From positions 64,001 to 128,000 of the IMG/VR virus record IMGVR_UViG_3300003375_000001: 64,000 nucleotides of DNA; one strand, given 5' to 3'. A program made the position numbers and the translations under genes. Under the pieces are notes generated by a model. The model saw only the letters and a list, made by a program, of their open reading frames with translations. It did no database searches and was not told where the DNA came from. The first letter of the stretch is position 1. Each line of letters opens with the position of its first letter. Source of the DNA: a virus. Its lineage: Duplodnaviria > Caudoviricetes. Positions 19,270 through 29,091 of this stretch are shown one piece after another.

Positions 19270-21210
19270 ATGAACCTCATACAAATTCTGTTTGCGTTTG
19301 TCATTGCTTATATCAAAGGCGAGTCGCCAGTCAAGTCGCTCTCTACCGTTATGTCGAAGGAGAATCAAGGCACACTTCTAAAGATGATACCTGGAATGAA
19401 GCCTTACATAGACGCCTATAATAGTGGAGGTGACTTGGACTGGGAAGGGCTTAGCAGCTTGGTATCGGCTTTTAACGCAGCTTACCTTAAGCAGCCTGAT
19501 GCCAAGGCTTCTTACGGAGACATCCTCAAGACCTTTGCTCTGTGGTTTAGAACAGGCAGTGCGTCTGCTTTTACTAAGCTGGAGAAGCTATCTACTAGAG
19601 TAAAAGACCAGGCAATCCCTGCGGCTTTCACTAAGGAAGAAGTAGACCAAGGGCCCATTAAAGATCAGATGACTAAGGTAGTAAAGAAGCTCGGAGGCTC
19701 TGGCTCCGCTCTTACTCCGGATGAAGCCAGAGAGGCTAAGGTAAAAAATCCTGATCTCTATAAGACCTACTTGAGTCTTAGAAAGCAGTACTCGGAGTCC
19801 TGGAAGACCGCTTTGTCGAACTATGTTCGCAACTCAGGCAAAACCATGGTCCCGTTTAAGGAAGTGGAAGCGTACTTCAAGACGCTAGGTATTCAGCATA
19901 CTATGCCCACGGGGTTTACAGGTAACATCGATGCTAAGGGTACCTGGTATACGTCGTCTGGTAAGGAAATTCAAGGCGTACCAGCTGCGGCTCTTTTCCC
20001 CACAGTTAAGATGAACCCTAAGCCTGACCATGCACCTTGGGTGTTTCAGACCGTACGAAACACCGGAGAACTGGGTAATCAGTTCTACACGCTGGAGTTT
20101 CAACGTAATCAGGCTCAGCAGAAATTTGCTAAGGTGGCTGACTTCAATCCCGACAAGATTAAAGGTGAATGGCGTTCTCTAATAACGGGCTTTGACTACT
20201 ATAACCCCAAGTGCGTTGCAGCTATAGTCATTGAACTCTTGTATAGGTCTTCACATAGAGTAGGAACCACTGGAGGTAACGCATCAGGTGGGGGCTTTGG
20301 TATCTGCACGCTCCAGAAGCAGCACTTTTACCCTCAGACTGACGGCGGAATAAAGTTCATGTACCTTGGTAAAGATAACGTCAAGTTCACCTATAAGCTT
20401 AGTCCTAACGTGGACCAGATAGCCAAGAAGATATGCGAGGTCGTTCACGAAATGGCTAAAGACAAGAAGCCAAGAGACGCCTTGTTTACTTACTGGACTA
20501 AAGGCGGTAAACCTAAACACCTCACTCCGCAAGTCGTTAACGCAGTATTCGGTAGCATGTCGGGAGGCCTCACTATCCATAAGCTTCGTACCTATAAAGG
20601 CACAAAGCTTTTCCGTGAGTATCTAGCCTCCGTGTTTTCTAAACGCACCAACGTTTCTAGCGGCGACGCGATGGAACTTCTGCGCAAGGGCGCCACACTA
20701 GTAGGTAAAGAGCTTAATCACGTCAAGAGATCGGCAGACGGGAGCGAAAACGTAACTCCAAATACTGCTATCAAGAATTACATTGACCCAAGTGCACAAG
20801 CAGAACTGTTCTTACACTACGGGTTGCCTCTGCCGTCTTACCTGGAAAAGCTTGTGGGTGGATCAGAGATAGCATCACTGGTTACTGCATCTGACGGTAC
20901 TCCTGCTGTTAAGCCTGTTGCTCCTGTAAAACCTGTAGATACGCCTACACAACCACCGGCTGTTGCTCCGGTAAAACCTGTAGCACCCGTTCAGCCTACA
21001 CAACCAACGGCCCCACCTGCGCCTGTAGCTCCCGCGCCCCAACCAGCACCAGCTCAAACTCCCCCTCAGCAGCCTGTAGCTGCGCCTCAGCCTGTTCAAC
21101 CGCAGGTACCTCAGCCACACCCCGATGACGTAGAAGAACCCATAGAATTAAGGCTTGATCCTCGCATGGAGTCGTACCTCTCTGGAGAGACAGACCTGTG
21201 GCAGTACTAG
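19270..21210 (+). CDS. DNA topoisomerase IB with N-terminal extension and Pro-rich tail
   Basis: catalytic pentad: HRVG (R), YLGKD (K), HKLRTY (R), LNH (H), AIKNYIDP (Y). Confidence 0.88.
   Translation: MNLIQILFAFVIAYIKGESPVKSLSTVMSKENQGTLLKMIPGMKPYIDAYNSGGDLDWEGLSSLVSAFNAAYLKQPDAKASYGDILKTFALWFRTGSASAFTKLEKLSTRVKDQAIPAAFTKEEVDQGPIKDQMTKVVKKLGGSGSALTPDEAREAKVKNPDLYKTYLSLRKQYSESWKTALSNYVRNSGKTMVPFKEVEAYFKTLGIQHTMPTGFTGNIDAKGTWYTSSGKEIQGVPAAALFPTVKMNPKPDHAPWVFQTVRNTGELGNQFYTLEFQRNQAQQKFAKVADFNPDKIKGEWRSLITGFDYYNPKCVAAIVIELLYRSSHRVGTTGGNASGGGFGICTLQKQHFYPQTDGGIKFMYLGKDNVKFTYKLSPNVDQIAKKICEVVHEMAKDKKPRDALFTYWTKGGKPKHLTPQVVNAVFGSMSGGLTIHKLRTYKGTKLFREYLASVFSKRTNVSSGDAMELLRKGATLVGKELNHVKRSADGSENVTPNTAIKNYIDPSAQAELFLHYGLPLPSYLEKLVGGSEIASLVTASDGTPAVKPVAPVKPVDTPTQPPAVAPVKPVAPVQPTQPTAPPAPVAPAPQPAPAQTPPQQPVAAPQPVQPQVPQPHPDDVEEPIELRLDPRMESYLSGETDLWQY
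20884..21126 (+). repeat. Pro/Val/Ala/Gln low-complexity repeats (PVKPV, PVAP, PQP) in topoisomerase C-terminus
   Basis: repeated AA(A/G)CCTGT(T/A)GC-like units encoding PAVKPVAPVKPV...PVKPVAPVQP. Confidence 0.85.
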
Positions 21211-21226
21211 CCAATTGGTGTCTATG

Positions 21227-21262
21227 GAGGGGCTATAACTGTTAATCAGGTTATAGCCCCTC
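21227..21262 (+). terminator. strong hairpin after topoisomerase (terminator or processing site)
   Basis: GAGGGGCTATAAC / GTTATAGCCCCTC perfect 13-bp stem; no clear U-tract. Confidence 0.55.
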
Positions 21263-21292
21263 AGTCTATTACAACTCGGAGTTTATACTAAC

Positions 21293-22354
21293 ATGGATTT
21301 AAGCGCATTCGAAGTTGGTCTCAAGGTTATTGAGTCCGCCTGTGGCCCCATTCCGTCATTCTTCATTCATCCTGAAAAGAAGCGTACCGTCCTATCCGGA
21401 ACTAGCGCGGGGTCCTTGGCTACGTTTAACGTACCAGGAATACTCGAAGGTCTAGAAGGGCCTATCGAAGTACAGAAGGACGTGTTCTTGTCTGCCATTA
21501 AAGGCCGCAAAGAAGGTACAGTGACCTTGGTTGATGGCCAGCTTGTAATCGTAGCTGGCTCTTATAAGACGCAGGTTAACGTTACTGACTCGCGCGAAGC
21601 CCTAGCTATAGGCGAACCTTCAGAAGGTCAAGTCTTTGACATGACACCTGAACTGCATGCTTACCTAAGCAAGACATTACCTCAACTCCGAATTGAACGC
21701 GTACACAGCGCGCTACCTGATGTTCTAGTACATTTGCGCCTTACGGCCAAACAAGCTTTCGCTGTGACCTTTGATCCTATGCAGTTGTGCTTTCTTACTG
21801 GCCCTAATAAGACAGGTACAGAGTTTTTAGCTACACTGCCTTACACCCGGTTCTCTTCTTTCATTAAAGACCTACCTGTAGCTAACTCAAGGATTGTCAT
21901 AACACCTGAGGCAATCTTTGCGTTCACTAAAACGTTCTCAGTTCAAATAGCCGTGCCTGTTGTGGATGAAAGTTCAGCCGCGTCACCGGATGAGGTGTAC
22001 GAGAAGGCTAAAGAAGTATCGAAGGTAAAGACAGACACTGCGGTTACTCTTTCTAAAGGTGAAATGGAACTGTTCCTAGACAATGCCAAAGCTCTTGTAG
22101 CCGTTGGCACTGAAGTTCAGTTCGTGCCGTCAAAGAAGGGTACAACGCTTATCGTTGATTCACCTAAAGGTAAGGTAACACTAGGCCTGAAGACCGCCAA
22201 CAAACATGAGAAGTTTGGACTGGACTACCGCTTCGTTCAAGCCTTGTTGCTTAAGTCAACAGACGAACTTAGTTTCTTTATTGTGGACAATACCTACGTG
22301 GTATCAAAGGCTAACGTAGTATACGTGGCTTTGTTGTCGGCTGGGGACGAGTAG
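21293..22354 (+). CDS. probable DNA sliding clamp (DnaN/beta-like)
   Basis: 353 aa with three repeating alpha/beta units, FGLDYRFV..LL near the end, VYVALL C-terminus; replication context. Confidence 0.55.
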   Translation: MDLSAFEVGLKVIESACGPIPSFFIHPEKKRTVLSGTSAGSLATFNVPGILEGLEGPIEVQKDVFLSAIKGRKEGTVTLVDGQLVIVAGSYKTQVNVTDSREALAIGEPSEGQVFDMTPELHAYLSKTLPQLRIERVHSALPDVLVHLRLTAKQAFAVTFDPMQLCFLTGPNKTGTEFLATLPYTRFSSFIKDLPVANSRIVITPEAIFAFTKTFSVQIAVPVVDESSAASPDEVYEKAKEVSKVKTDTAVTLSKGEMELFLDNAKALVAVGTEVQFVPSKKGTTLIVDSPKGKVTLGLKTANKHEKFGLDYRFVQALLLKSTDELSFFIVDNTYVVSKANVVYVALLSAGDE

Positions 22355-22356
22355 TC

Positions 22357-22758
22357 ATGATAGGGGTAACGTTTCCCATAACTTACCCTAGTGGTATTCT
22401 ATACGAGACTGACGATGGAATATTTTACCCGCGACACACTGTAGCTAGAGGGCATTACGTCTTTGATAGGTTTCAGCCTACGCAAGCTCTTACCACTATC
22501 TTGCTAGACATATACCACTGCGAAGACGTAGGCTATCTAATAAAGCCAAAGACTCTAGGCCGACATGTTTGGCCCACTGGCGTTATGGCTGTTGTCAACT
22601 CTCGTATAAACGACGATCAAACCTTCGTTAATAAAGACAAGGTATCCCTGGTTTTCAAAGGTGACTTCTACTTACACAACGTAGAAAACACCGCAACTCT
22701 TTTAACCATAGATTCTCTTCCTTTGAGCGTAGAGAAGCTCCTAACTATACAGGGGTAA
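22357..22758 (+). CDS. hypothetical protein
   Basis: 133 aa, packed operon. Confidence 0.65.
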   Translation: MIGVTFPITYPSGILYETDDGIFYPRHTVARGHYVFDRFQPTQALTTILLDIYHCEDVGYLIKPKTLGRHVWPTGVMAVVNSRINDDQTFVNKDKVSLVFKGDFYLHNVENTATLLTIDSLPLSVEKLLTIQG

Positions 22759-22762
22759 CGCC

Positions 22763-23113
22763 ATGGTAGTCTCTACAGGTCTTCCTCGTCCATTGCTACC
22801 TGAAGGCCATGATATAACAATAAAACTGACGGCTAATCCCAAGTCTGACTTTACCAGTATTGTCAATACGGAAGAAGCCTATCAGTTCTATAAGGGAATT
22901 CTCACTGGTCAGCTCGAATGCACTCCGGACGTATTAAAAACCAACTTCAGACTAGCTCCTCACTGGCCTGAAGTTGTAGGTGTGGTATCTGCATTAAACA
23001 ACCGTTGGCTAGACTTCAAGAAGGCTAATGACAAAACCCGTGAGTTTGTTTTCAGTAAGACTCTAGCCTTTCACGTCGATATGAAAAGAAAAGAGGGTCT
23101 ATGGCTTCTTTGA
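22763..23113 (+). CDS. hypothetical protein
   Basis: 116 aa, GGGG RBS. Confidence 0.65.
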   Translation: MVVSTGLPRPLLPEGHDITIKLTANPKSDFTSIVNTEEAYQFYKGILTGQLECTPDVLKTNFRLAPHWPEVVGVVSALNNRWLDFKKANDKTREFVFSKTLAFHVDMKRKEGLWLL

Positions 23114-23628
23114 ATGACATCAGAGAAGACGAGCAGTACCTTCAATTCAAGAAGGTCCTAAAGATAGCCGAAGGTAAGATAAGTCTCGAAGCCATTCTAG
23201 ATGAAGCCAAGCTGATTCATTCCAGTAGGCCTTCACGTAACTTGTATAAGACTAAGCTGGAACCCACTGCGGTGTTTAACGCTGCGGCTAACGACGTTAA
23301 CGCTCGGTCTCGGCTAGTCGAGGTGCGTGCTCAGGTATACAGACAACGCCGTGTAATAGCAAGAGCCACGACTGGCATGCGCACGTATTTATCTACTAGC
23401 TATGCCACGGCTATAAAAAGTCGGGCAACGACACAGCAGGAACGTAAGGCAGTACTAGATCGCATACTTAGTAAGGCTTTGGACATGGTATCAGAGTTTG
23501 ATGACACCCTGGAACAGATAGACCTCTATATCAAAGACATTGACCAAACAGGCTTTGCCATCAAGAACATCACAGAAGTCCTCAAGCTATTGATGGCTCC
23601 TAATAGTGCAGGCAAGGTAGAAGTATGA
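23101..23628 (+). CDS. helical protein, possibly UvsY-like recombination mediator
   Basis: all-helical 175 aa upstream of a UvsW-like helicase, mirroring T4 uvsY-uvsW adjacency; function by context only. Confidence 0.4.
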   Translation: MASLNDIREDEQYLQFKKVLKIAEGKISLEAILDEAKLIHSSRPSRNLYKTKLEPTAVFNAAANDVNARSRLVEVRAQVYRQRRVIARATTGMRTYLSTSYATAIKSRATTQQERKAVLDRILSKALDMVSEFDDTLEQIDLYIKDIDQTGFAIKNITEVLKLLMAPNSAGKVEV

Positions 23629-23643
23629 CGGTAGAAGCCAGGC

Positions 23644-24888
23644 TTAAGCTGACTTCAAGTAAGATACAAGTTCCTTGTACCCTTGTCTACCCTTAAATAC
23701 TTTAAGTGGTGATTTAAGTTTTTGACACCATACTATCAAAACGTAGTCTCCCCAGTTACGTTCTTCTGAAGCTAGTTGGGCGTACTTGAACTTGTTAAGC
23801 ACGCCTTTTTGCTTAACCCACCAGGTGCTCTTTACCTCTACTAGGTGCTTTACACCAGAAGACGACTTTGCACACAGATCAGGAAAGTAGTATCGCTTCT
23901 GTTCATTATTCCAATATGGAATGTATATCTTAAGTCTTTCCGCAGAATCAACGGTAAAGCCCTTTGACTCTAGCCACGCGGCTACAAAAGGCTCATATCC
24001 TTGTAATGACAGCACTCGCCCTGATACTGTTGTGAAGAGTTTTCTTGCCCTATACGTTTTAGCTGACTTTGACTTAGCGTCCTCTGACATTATGGAGAAG
24101 GGTACGCCATACTTCTCCATGCATGTAGCCATTACCTTAGCTCGTACTTTTTTGTTCTTCATAGCTGAGGTCGCCCCAAACCTTTTCATGTTTGTCGCAA
24201 CAGTCTTTCGCCTAATGTCCTTTGATTGCTGTGCGTGTTCTACTCCGTATAATGCTAGCATTTTTGCTTTTGACTTTTCCTTAACTGCTAACGATTGTTG
24301 AGGGCTTTTAACACCATGGTTCTTCTTGCAAGTCTTCTGCATGGCAGCTAATATAGTATCGCCTCTTACTTCCCAGTTTCGCTTTTGGGACTCCGAACTT
24401 TTTCGCTTGACATGATCAAGCTGTATAGGGTTATTAACTCCATACTTCTTCATCATGTCTCGTTTACGACTGGACTGATACTCTTCCGAGCCTTGCCATT
24501 CTTTTGAACAAGCCATAGAACAAAATCTGTTTTTAGGCCTAGTGAATAAATAGCCTCCACTCAAAGGTATAGTACGACCTGTCTTACACCACTGACAGTT
24601 GTATTCCCCAATCGCCATAAGGTATACTTTAAGCCATCTGTCTCTCATAGGTCCAAACCGTTTGCTGTTAACGTACTCTGACCTATCCGGAGAGTTGGGT
24701 CCCGCAACAATGGCTAACTTAATGAACTCGCTCTCACTGTTTGATATGTTCAGGTCGGACGGGCAGTTCTGTCTGACCACGTCACGCAGCTTTCTAGCGC
24801 TGGTGTACTCACCAAAATTTACCACTGCCTTGACGGCGTGCTTGAAGGTGTAAGATTTCATGTCTGATCCTAGTAAAACGTCTGACAT
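23644..24888 (-). mobile_element. free-standing homing endonuclease-like gene (Zn-finger, KxYG repeats, PD-(D/E)XK nuclease); start 24861 or 24888
   Basis: only substantial minus-strand gene; CQWC and RFCSMAC; five K/L-x-Y/H/F-G repeats; C-terminal YFPDL...LVEVKS. Confidence 0.75.
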
Positions 24889-26440
24889 AAAAATGTCTAA
24901 GTTGACTGTCTACAAAGAAAGCGGCTATCTCCTAAATGTAAAGAAGTTGACCGAGTCTCAGATAGAAGACGCTAAGGATAGGTTTACCTTCTCCCTGTAT
25001 GACCATTCTGCCTGTGACAAGTGTGAACAACTGGCCAGTAGACATTCAGAGATATGTGACGGCTGTGCCGCATTCATGGGTCACAGAGCTTTGGCTAAAG
25101 AGGTAGAACGAGGCGATCAAGTTCTTTTGTCTCTACCTTACGGGGCTAAGAAAGAAGTACGGTCTTTCCTAAAGTCACTAGGTAAGCCCTATGTAGTGGT
25201 AAACCGGCATCCTCAAGACAAACCTTTTTCTAGGCCTATTAAGTTCACTGGTCAGCTTAGAGATTACCAGCTAGACGCTCAGACCGCTATCTTGAGGGAG
25301 AAGAAAGGTATTGTCAAAGCGCCGCCTCGTTCAGGTAAGACCGTTATTGGTACAGCGACCATATGCACTATAGGTCAGAAGACCATTGTGCTAGCGGCTC
25401 AGCGAGAATGGCTTATAGGGTTTCAAGAAACGTTTCTGGGTAACGCAAATCAAGAGGCTATGTCTAACGCTAGTGCCCGTCAGATAGGGTTCTGTAAGAC
25501 GTATGAGGACTTTGTCAAGACAGACGTATGCCTTGCCACGTTTGCACAGTTCTTTAGCCCAGCTGGCAGAAACCTGCTTGGAAGAATCCGCAGCTTGTTT
25601 CCTGTCTTGATGGTGGACGAAGTTCACTTGGCGTCGGCGCTGCAAACAAGCCGTGTTCTCGCCCAGTTCAACGCTGAATACAGAATAGGTTTGACTGGTA
25701 CACCTGAGCGTAAACAAGCCGACCTCGTAAAGATTTTCTTCAACCTCATTGGTCCTATTATATACGAGGCTAAGATAGACAGACTACGTCCTCGTGTTGA
25801 ACTGCTGAATACCGAGTGCAAGAAAGATATAAATGGGTTTGGTCAGGCAGCCTTCACTAGGTTCGTCACAGCCATCGAGAAAGAGCCTGACCGAATCAAG
25901 AAGATATGCAAGCGGGTGATTCAGCTGGTTAACCAAGGTCATATGGTTCTGTTACCTGTCCAACGTGTCAAGTCGGTTGACTTATACTGCAAAGTTATCA
26001 ACCGCATGCTAGGTGAAGACGCTAAGAGGATAGCCTTTCCTTTTTATGGAAACATGACTAAGGAAAGACGTAAAGAAACAATCAACCGATGCCGGGACTA
26101 TCGAATCAAGGTTCTCGTCGGCAACGCTAAACTCATATCTGTAGGCTTGAACATTCCTAGAGCCTCTTGCATATTCGAACGGGTCACTGTATCTTCCAAC
26201 GTACCCAACTGCGATCAGCGCGTGTCCCGTATCCTTACTCCTATGGACGGTAAGCCTCAACCTCTTATAGTTTACGTGCTGGACGATAGCAAGATAATGC
26301 AAACAACAGCCCGTACAGAGTGGTGGGGGTGTATCCACCCAAGGCACCGACCATTGATGGACGCCAGAGACAGAGCTATTCTAATGGAATGGTTCAAGGG
26401 CAAGTCTCAGTCTGACATATCTGACCTTAACGACGTTTAG
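24860..26440 (+). CDS. uvsW: SF2 helicase (UvsW/Rad25-like)
   Basis: LRDYQ, APPRSGKT, VDEVH, GLTGTPER, SVGLNIPR, QRVSRILTP; start 24860 (AAGGTG RBS) or 24893. Confidence 0.9.
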   Translation: MSDPSKTSDIKMSKLTVYKESGYLLNVKKLTESQIEDAKDRFTFSLYDHSACDKCEQLASRHSEICDGCAAFMGHRALAKEVERGDQVLLSLPYGAKKEVRSFLKSLGKPYVVVNRHPQDKPFSRPIKFTGQLRDYQLDAQTAILREKKGIVKAPPRSGKTVIGTATICTIGQKTIVLAAQREWLIGFQETFLGNANQEAMSNASARQIGFCKTYEDFVKTDVCLATFAQFFSPAGRNLLGRIRSLFPVLMVDEVHLASALQTSRVLAQFNAEYRIGLTGTPERKQADLVKIFFNLIGPIIYEAKIDRLRPRVELLNTECKKDINGFGQAAFTRFVTAIEKEPDRIKKICKRVIQLVNQGHMVLLPVQRVKSVDLYCKVINRMLGEDAKRIAFPFYGNMTKERRKETINRCRDYRIKVLVGNAKLISVGLNIPRASCIFERVTVSSNVPNCDQRVSRILTPMDGKPQPLIVYVLDDSKIMQTTARTEWWGCIHPRHRPLMDARDRAILMEWFKGKSQSDISDLNDV

Positions 26441-26447
26441 AGATAAC

Positions 26448-27023
26448 ATGGCAAAGCGTCTTCTAATAAAGCTAGACAAGGACAACTTCAAGGTCAATAT
26501 ACCTGGGAGTGTTCACCGACAAGCGCCTTTCAACTTTGCACCTAATGACTTTGGCATAGGTAACGAGACTATAAAGGATAAGATCATAAGTGGTGAGTCT
26601 CAGACGCGAGGACTAGAAGCGTTTCTGAAGAACCCTTCGCATCCATGGGTGTACGGGGTTGGCTCTGCTCCTGATGACGCACACGCGAAGTACTTTGCGG
26701 CCTTCCTAGCACAGGCTTACACCAGACAAGTACCTAACTCCCGTGTCGTCTGGCATCATGTGTACGGCAACTTCAGTAATCCTCTTATAGAGAATCAAGA
26801 ACCTGCTAGCCTTCTCGTTCTTACTGGCATGGCCCCTAATTCCACAGCGGCTAGGCTGGAGAAGTGTCGTGATCTTCTTGAGTTCTACAGTGACATACCT
26901 CGCATCGTGGTGACAGCTGGAGTCGACCCTGTCACCTTCTTCTATTCTGTACTTCACCAAAAGCTAACACAGGTATACTACCAGTCCAAGAACGTTATCA
27001 AGCGTAGGGTGGAGGTTGTCTGA
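26448..27023 (+). CDS. degenerate DnaC/IstB-like AAA+ protein (helicase loader-like)
   Basis: strand order resembling DnaC (VYGVGS..D; LLVLTG; PRIVVT) but Walker A Lys and Walker B Asp absent; upstream of DnaB. Confidence 0.4.
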   Translation: MAKRLLIKLDKDNFKVNIPGSVHRQAPFNFAPNDFGIGNETIKDKIISGESQTRGLEAFLKNPSHPWVYGVGSAPDDAHAKYFAAFLAQAYTRQVPNSRVVWHHVYGNFSNPLIENQEPASLLVLTGMAPNSTAARLEKCRDLLEFYSDIPRIVVTAGVDPVTFFYSVLHQKLTQVYYQSKNVIKRRVEVV

Positions 27024-27340
27024 TGGCTAAGAAAAAAGCTAGCGTAATGATATGGTACCCCCTTACCATACCAGTTTCAAAGGTGGCGTTCAAAGACGAC
27101 GCGGTATACTATAAGAAGGTGGGTACTTCGTCCATAGACTCTGTACCTTATTCTCAGTTTATGCAAGCCATAGAGACTGACGAAGGCTACAGCTTGATGA
27201 TAAAGGTAAAGTACAAGGTTGGGGAGTTTGTAGCTACGTCTATAGACAACCATGCCAATCCAAATCTAGTGGTGTGCAAGAGAGAACATGGACACAAGAT
27301 TATTGTTAATGTGTCTTCATTGAAAGTCACAAGTCTATAA
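27023..27340 (+). CDS. hypothetical protein
   Basis: TGATG-coupled 105 aa. Confidence 0.6.
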   Translation: MAKKKASVMIWYPLTIPVSKVAFKDDAVYYKKVGTSSIDSVPYSQFMQAIETDEGYSLMIKVKYKVGEFVATSIDNHANPNLVVCKREHGHKIIVNVSSLKVTSL

Positions 27341-27341
27341 C

Positions 27342-28700
27342 ATGGCAAAACTGTTTAGTAGTCCTTCCGAGGCGATTGCGCTTCGTGCATTGTGTAGTCC
27401 TGATCGTGTCATAGCAGGTCACATGTTAGCTAGAGTTGACCAGTCCTTCTTTCACCTGGACGAGTCAAGAGAAGCCTATAACTACATCCTTGCTCATGTA
27501 AGTGAGAAGGGTGGATCACCGCCTTTCAACATATTGGTAGAGAATGTATCTCTATCCGAAGACGCTAGAGAACACCTTAAGCAAGCAAAGGTACAGCCTA
27601 AGCGAATTAAGGAAGCCGATCAGCTTATTGATAACCTTCAGAAATACAGACAGACGAGAATCTACTGGGACCTAGCCAAGTCTCTAAAGACTAAGCTGGA
27701 AGCCGCTAAGATAGATCCCTTAGAGCTAGCCGAGCTTGTCAGTAAACAACAGAATAAAGCTCAAGCCAAAAAGAGTAGTGTTGACGATCGGATGTTCCAC
27801 ATTGGAAAGAAAAGCAATGTTGCAAAGATTGTTCACAACATTATCCATGGTGAAGACACCGATAACTGGATACCCACAAGGTTTAGCGTATTCGATGACA
27901 TCAATGGAGGTTTTCCACGAGGTGGTCTAGTAACGCTAGGCGGTGCATCGTCTTCTGGTAAGTCCCACCTCGTCATTCAGTTAGCTCTTAATCAGGCGCT
28001 ACTAGGCTATAAGGTTGTGGTTGTTCCTCTCGAAATGACAGAGGAAGAATACCTCATCCGAACAATGGCTAACGTCTCTAAGACCGATAGCTTACGTATC
28101 AGTAGGAAACAGCTAACTTCGGAAGAGAAGGCTACTGTCGAAAGACGCTTTGCCAACGCTCAAAAGAAGATAGACAGGGCTGGAGGTCGTATCAGTATTT
28201 ATGTACCTGATACGGATATGTCCATCGAAGAGATCATGGCTGCGGTACACAGCTATGGTGCAGACGCCGTCTACATCGATTACATAGGCTTGCTTAAAGG
28301 TGCTGATGGAGATGACCAGTGGCGTAAGCTGGGTCAGATTTCTCGTTATGCTAAGGTATACGCAAACAACCACAATAAGGTAGTTGTGCTAGCTTGTCAG
28401 GTCGATGAAACAGGTAAGATTCGTTATAGTCAGGCCATCAAAGAACATAGCTCCTTGGCCTGGATCTTTGTTGCTACTAAGGAATCTCGTGAACGCGGAT
28501 TCCTTAACTTCAGTATGCTAAAGGGGCGTAATCAAAAGATGATTGACTTCACCTTGCGCATCGACTATGAATACTCTAGGCTGTACGACCCCGATCCTTC
28601 TGACATGGACAAATCTAGTAACATGCCTAATGAAGAATCTGGCAAAAAGAAGTCTGACATGCCAGACGAAGAATCTTTTGTACCCGACCTCTCTGACTAA
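27342..28700 (+). CDS. dnaB: replicative DNA helicase DnaB-like
   Basis: GGASSSGKS Walker A, PLEMT, VYIDYIGLL, VVVLACQ, IKEHS, KGRN. Confidence 0.92.
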   Translation: MAKLFSSPSEAIALRALCSPDRVIAGHMLARVDQSFFHLDESREAYNYILAHVSEKGGSPPFNILVENVSLSEDAREHLKQAKVQPKRIKEADQLIDNLQKYRQTRIYWDLAKSLKTKLEAAKIDPLELAELVSKQQNKAQAKKSSVDDRMFHIGKKSNVAKIVHNIIHGEDTDNWIPTRFSVFDDINGGFPRGGLVTLGGASSSGKSHLVIQLALNQALLGYKVVVVPLEMTEEEYLIRTMANVSKTDSLRISRKQLTSEEKATVERRFANAQKKIDRAGGRISIYVPDTDMSIEEIMAAVHSYGADAVYIDYIGLLKGADGDDQWRKLGQISRYAKVYANNHNKVVVLACQVDETGKIRYSQAIKEHSSLAWIFVATKESRERGFLNFSMLKGRNQKMIDFTLRIDYEYSRLYDPDPSDMDKSSNMPNEESGKKKSDMPDEESFVPDLSD

Positions 28701-28710
28701 AGGATCTCGT

Positions 28711-29091
28711 ATGCTTTTCTTTATAGTGTCTCTGTCCTTTTTGATACTAGGCATCCTGATCGGAGGTGCGCTAACCCTAACTTTGATAGACGGTGAAAAC
28801 AAGTTTATTCAAAAGCAGAAAAGCAACTTCAATGCCCGGTATGACTCTTATACCTTGGAACGTAACGCGGCCGCTATCATAATGGCCCGTCTACAAATAG
28901 GTATCAAAACGGGGTCTCACATAAACAAACGTTTCTACGAGGCCTTGTACCGAGAACTAAGCACCTGCGGCTCGCTAAGTAACTTTAGCATCACTAGGGT
29001 AGAGGAAGTGCTAAGGCTAGAACGTAAGGCTAATCTAAAGTCTGTTCTTAGAACATACGAACTGGCAGCAGCAAAGAAGGACAAGACGTGA
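28711..29091 (+). CDS. membrane-anchored hypothetical protein
   Basis: ATG 28711 after AAGGA; N-terminal hydrophobic helix MLFFIVSLSFLILGILIGG. Confidence 0.65.
   Translation: MLFFIVSLSFLILGILIGGALTLTLIDGENKFIQKQKSNFNARYDSYTLERNAAAIIMARLQIGIKTGSHINKRFYEALYRELSTCGSLSNFSITRVEEVLRLERKANLKSVLRTYELAAAKKDKT

Noticed and set aside
23921-24853. Plus-strand ORFs 23921-24301 and 24599-24853
   Set aside because: Shadows of the minus-strand endonuclease, which has coherent domain motifs.
23644-24888. Group I intron or intein explanation for the endonuclease insert
   Set aside because: The ORF is antisense to the host gene, I could not identify group I P/Q/R/S core elements or intein C...HN/C ends, and the helicase has its own downstream start.
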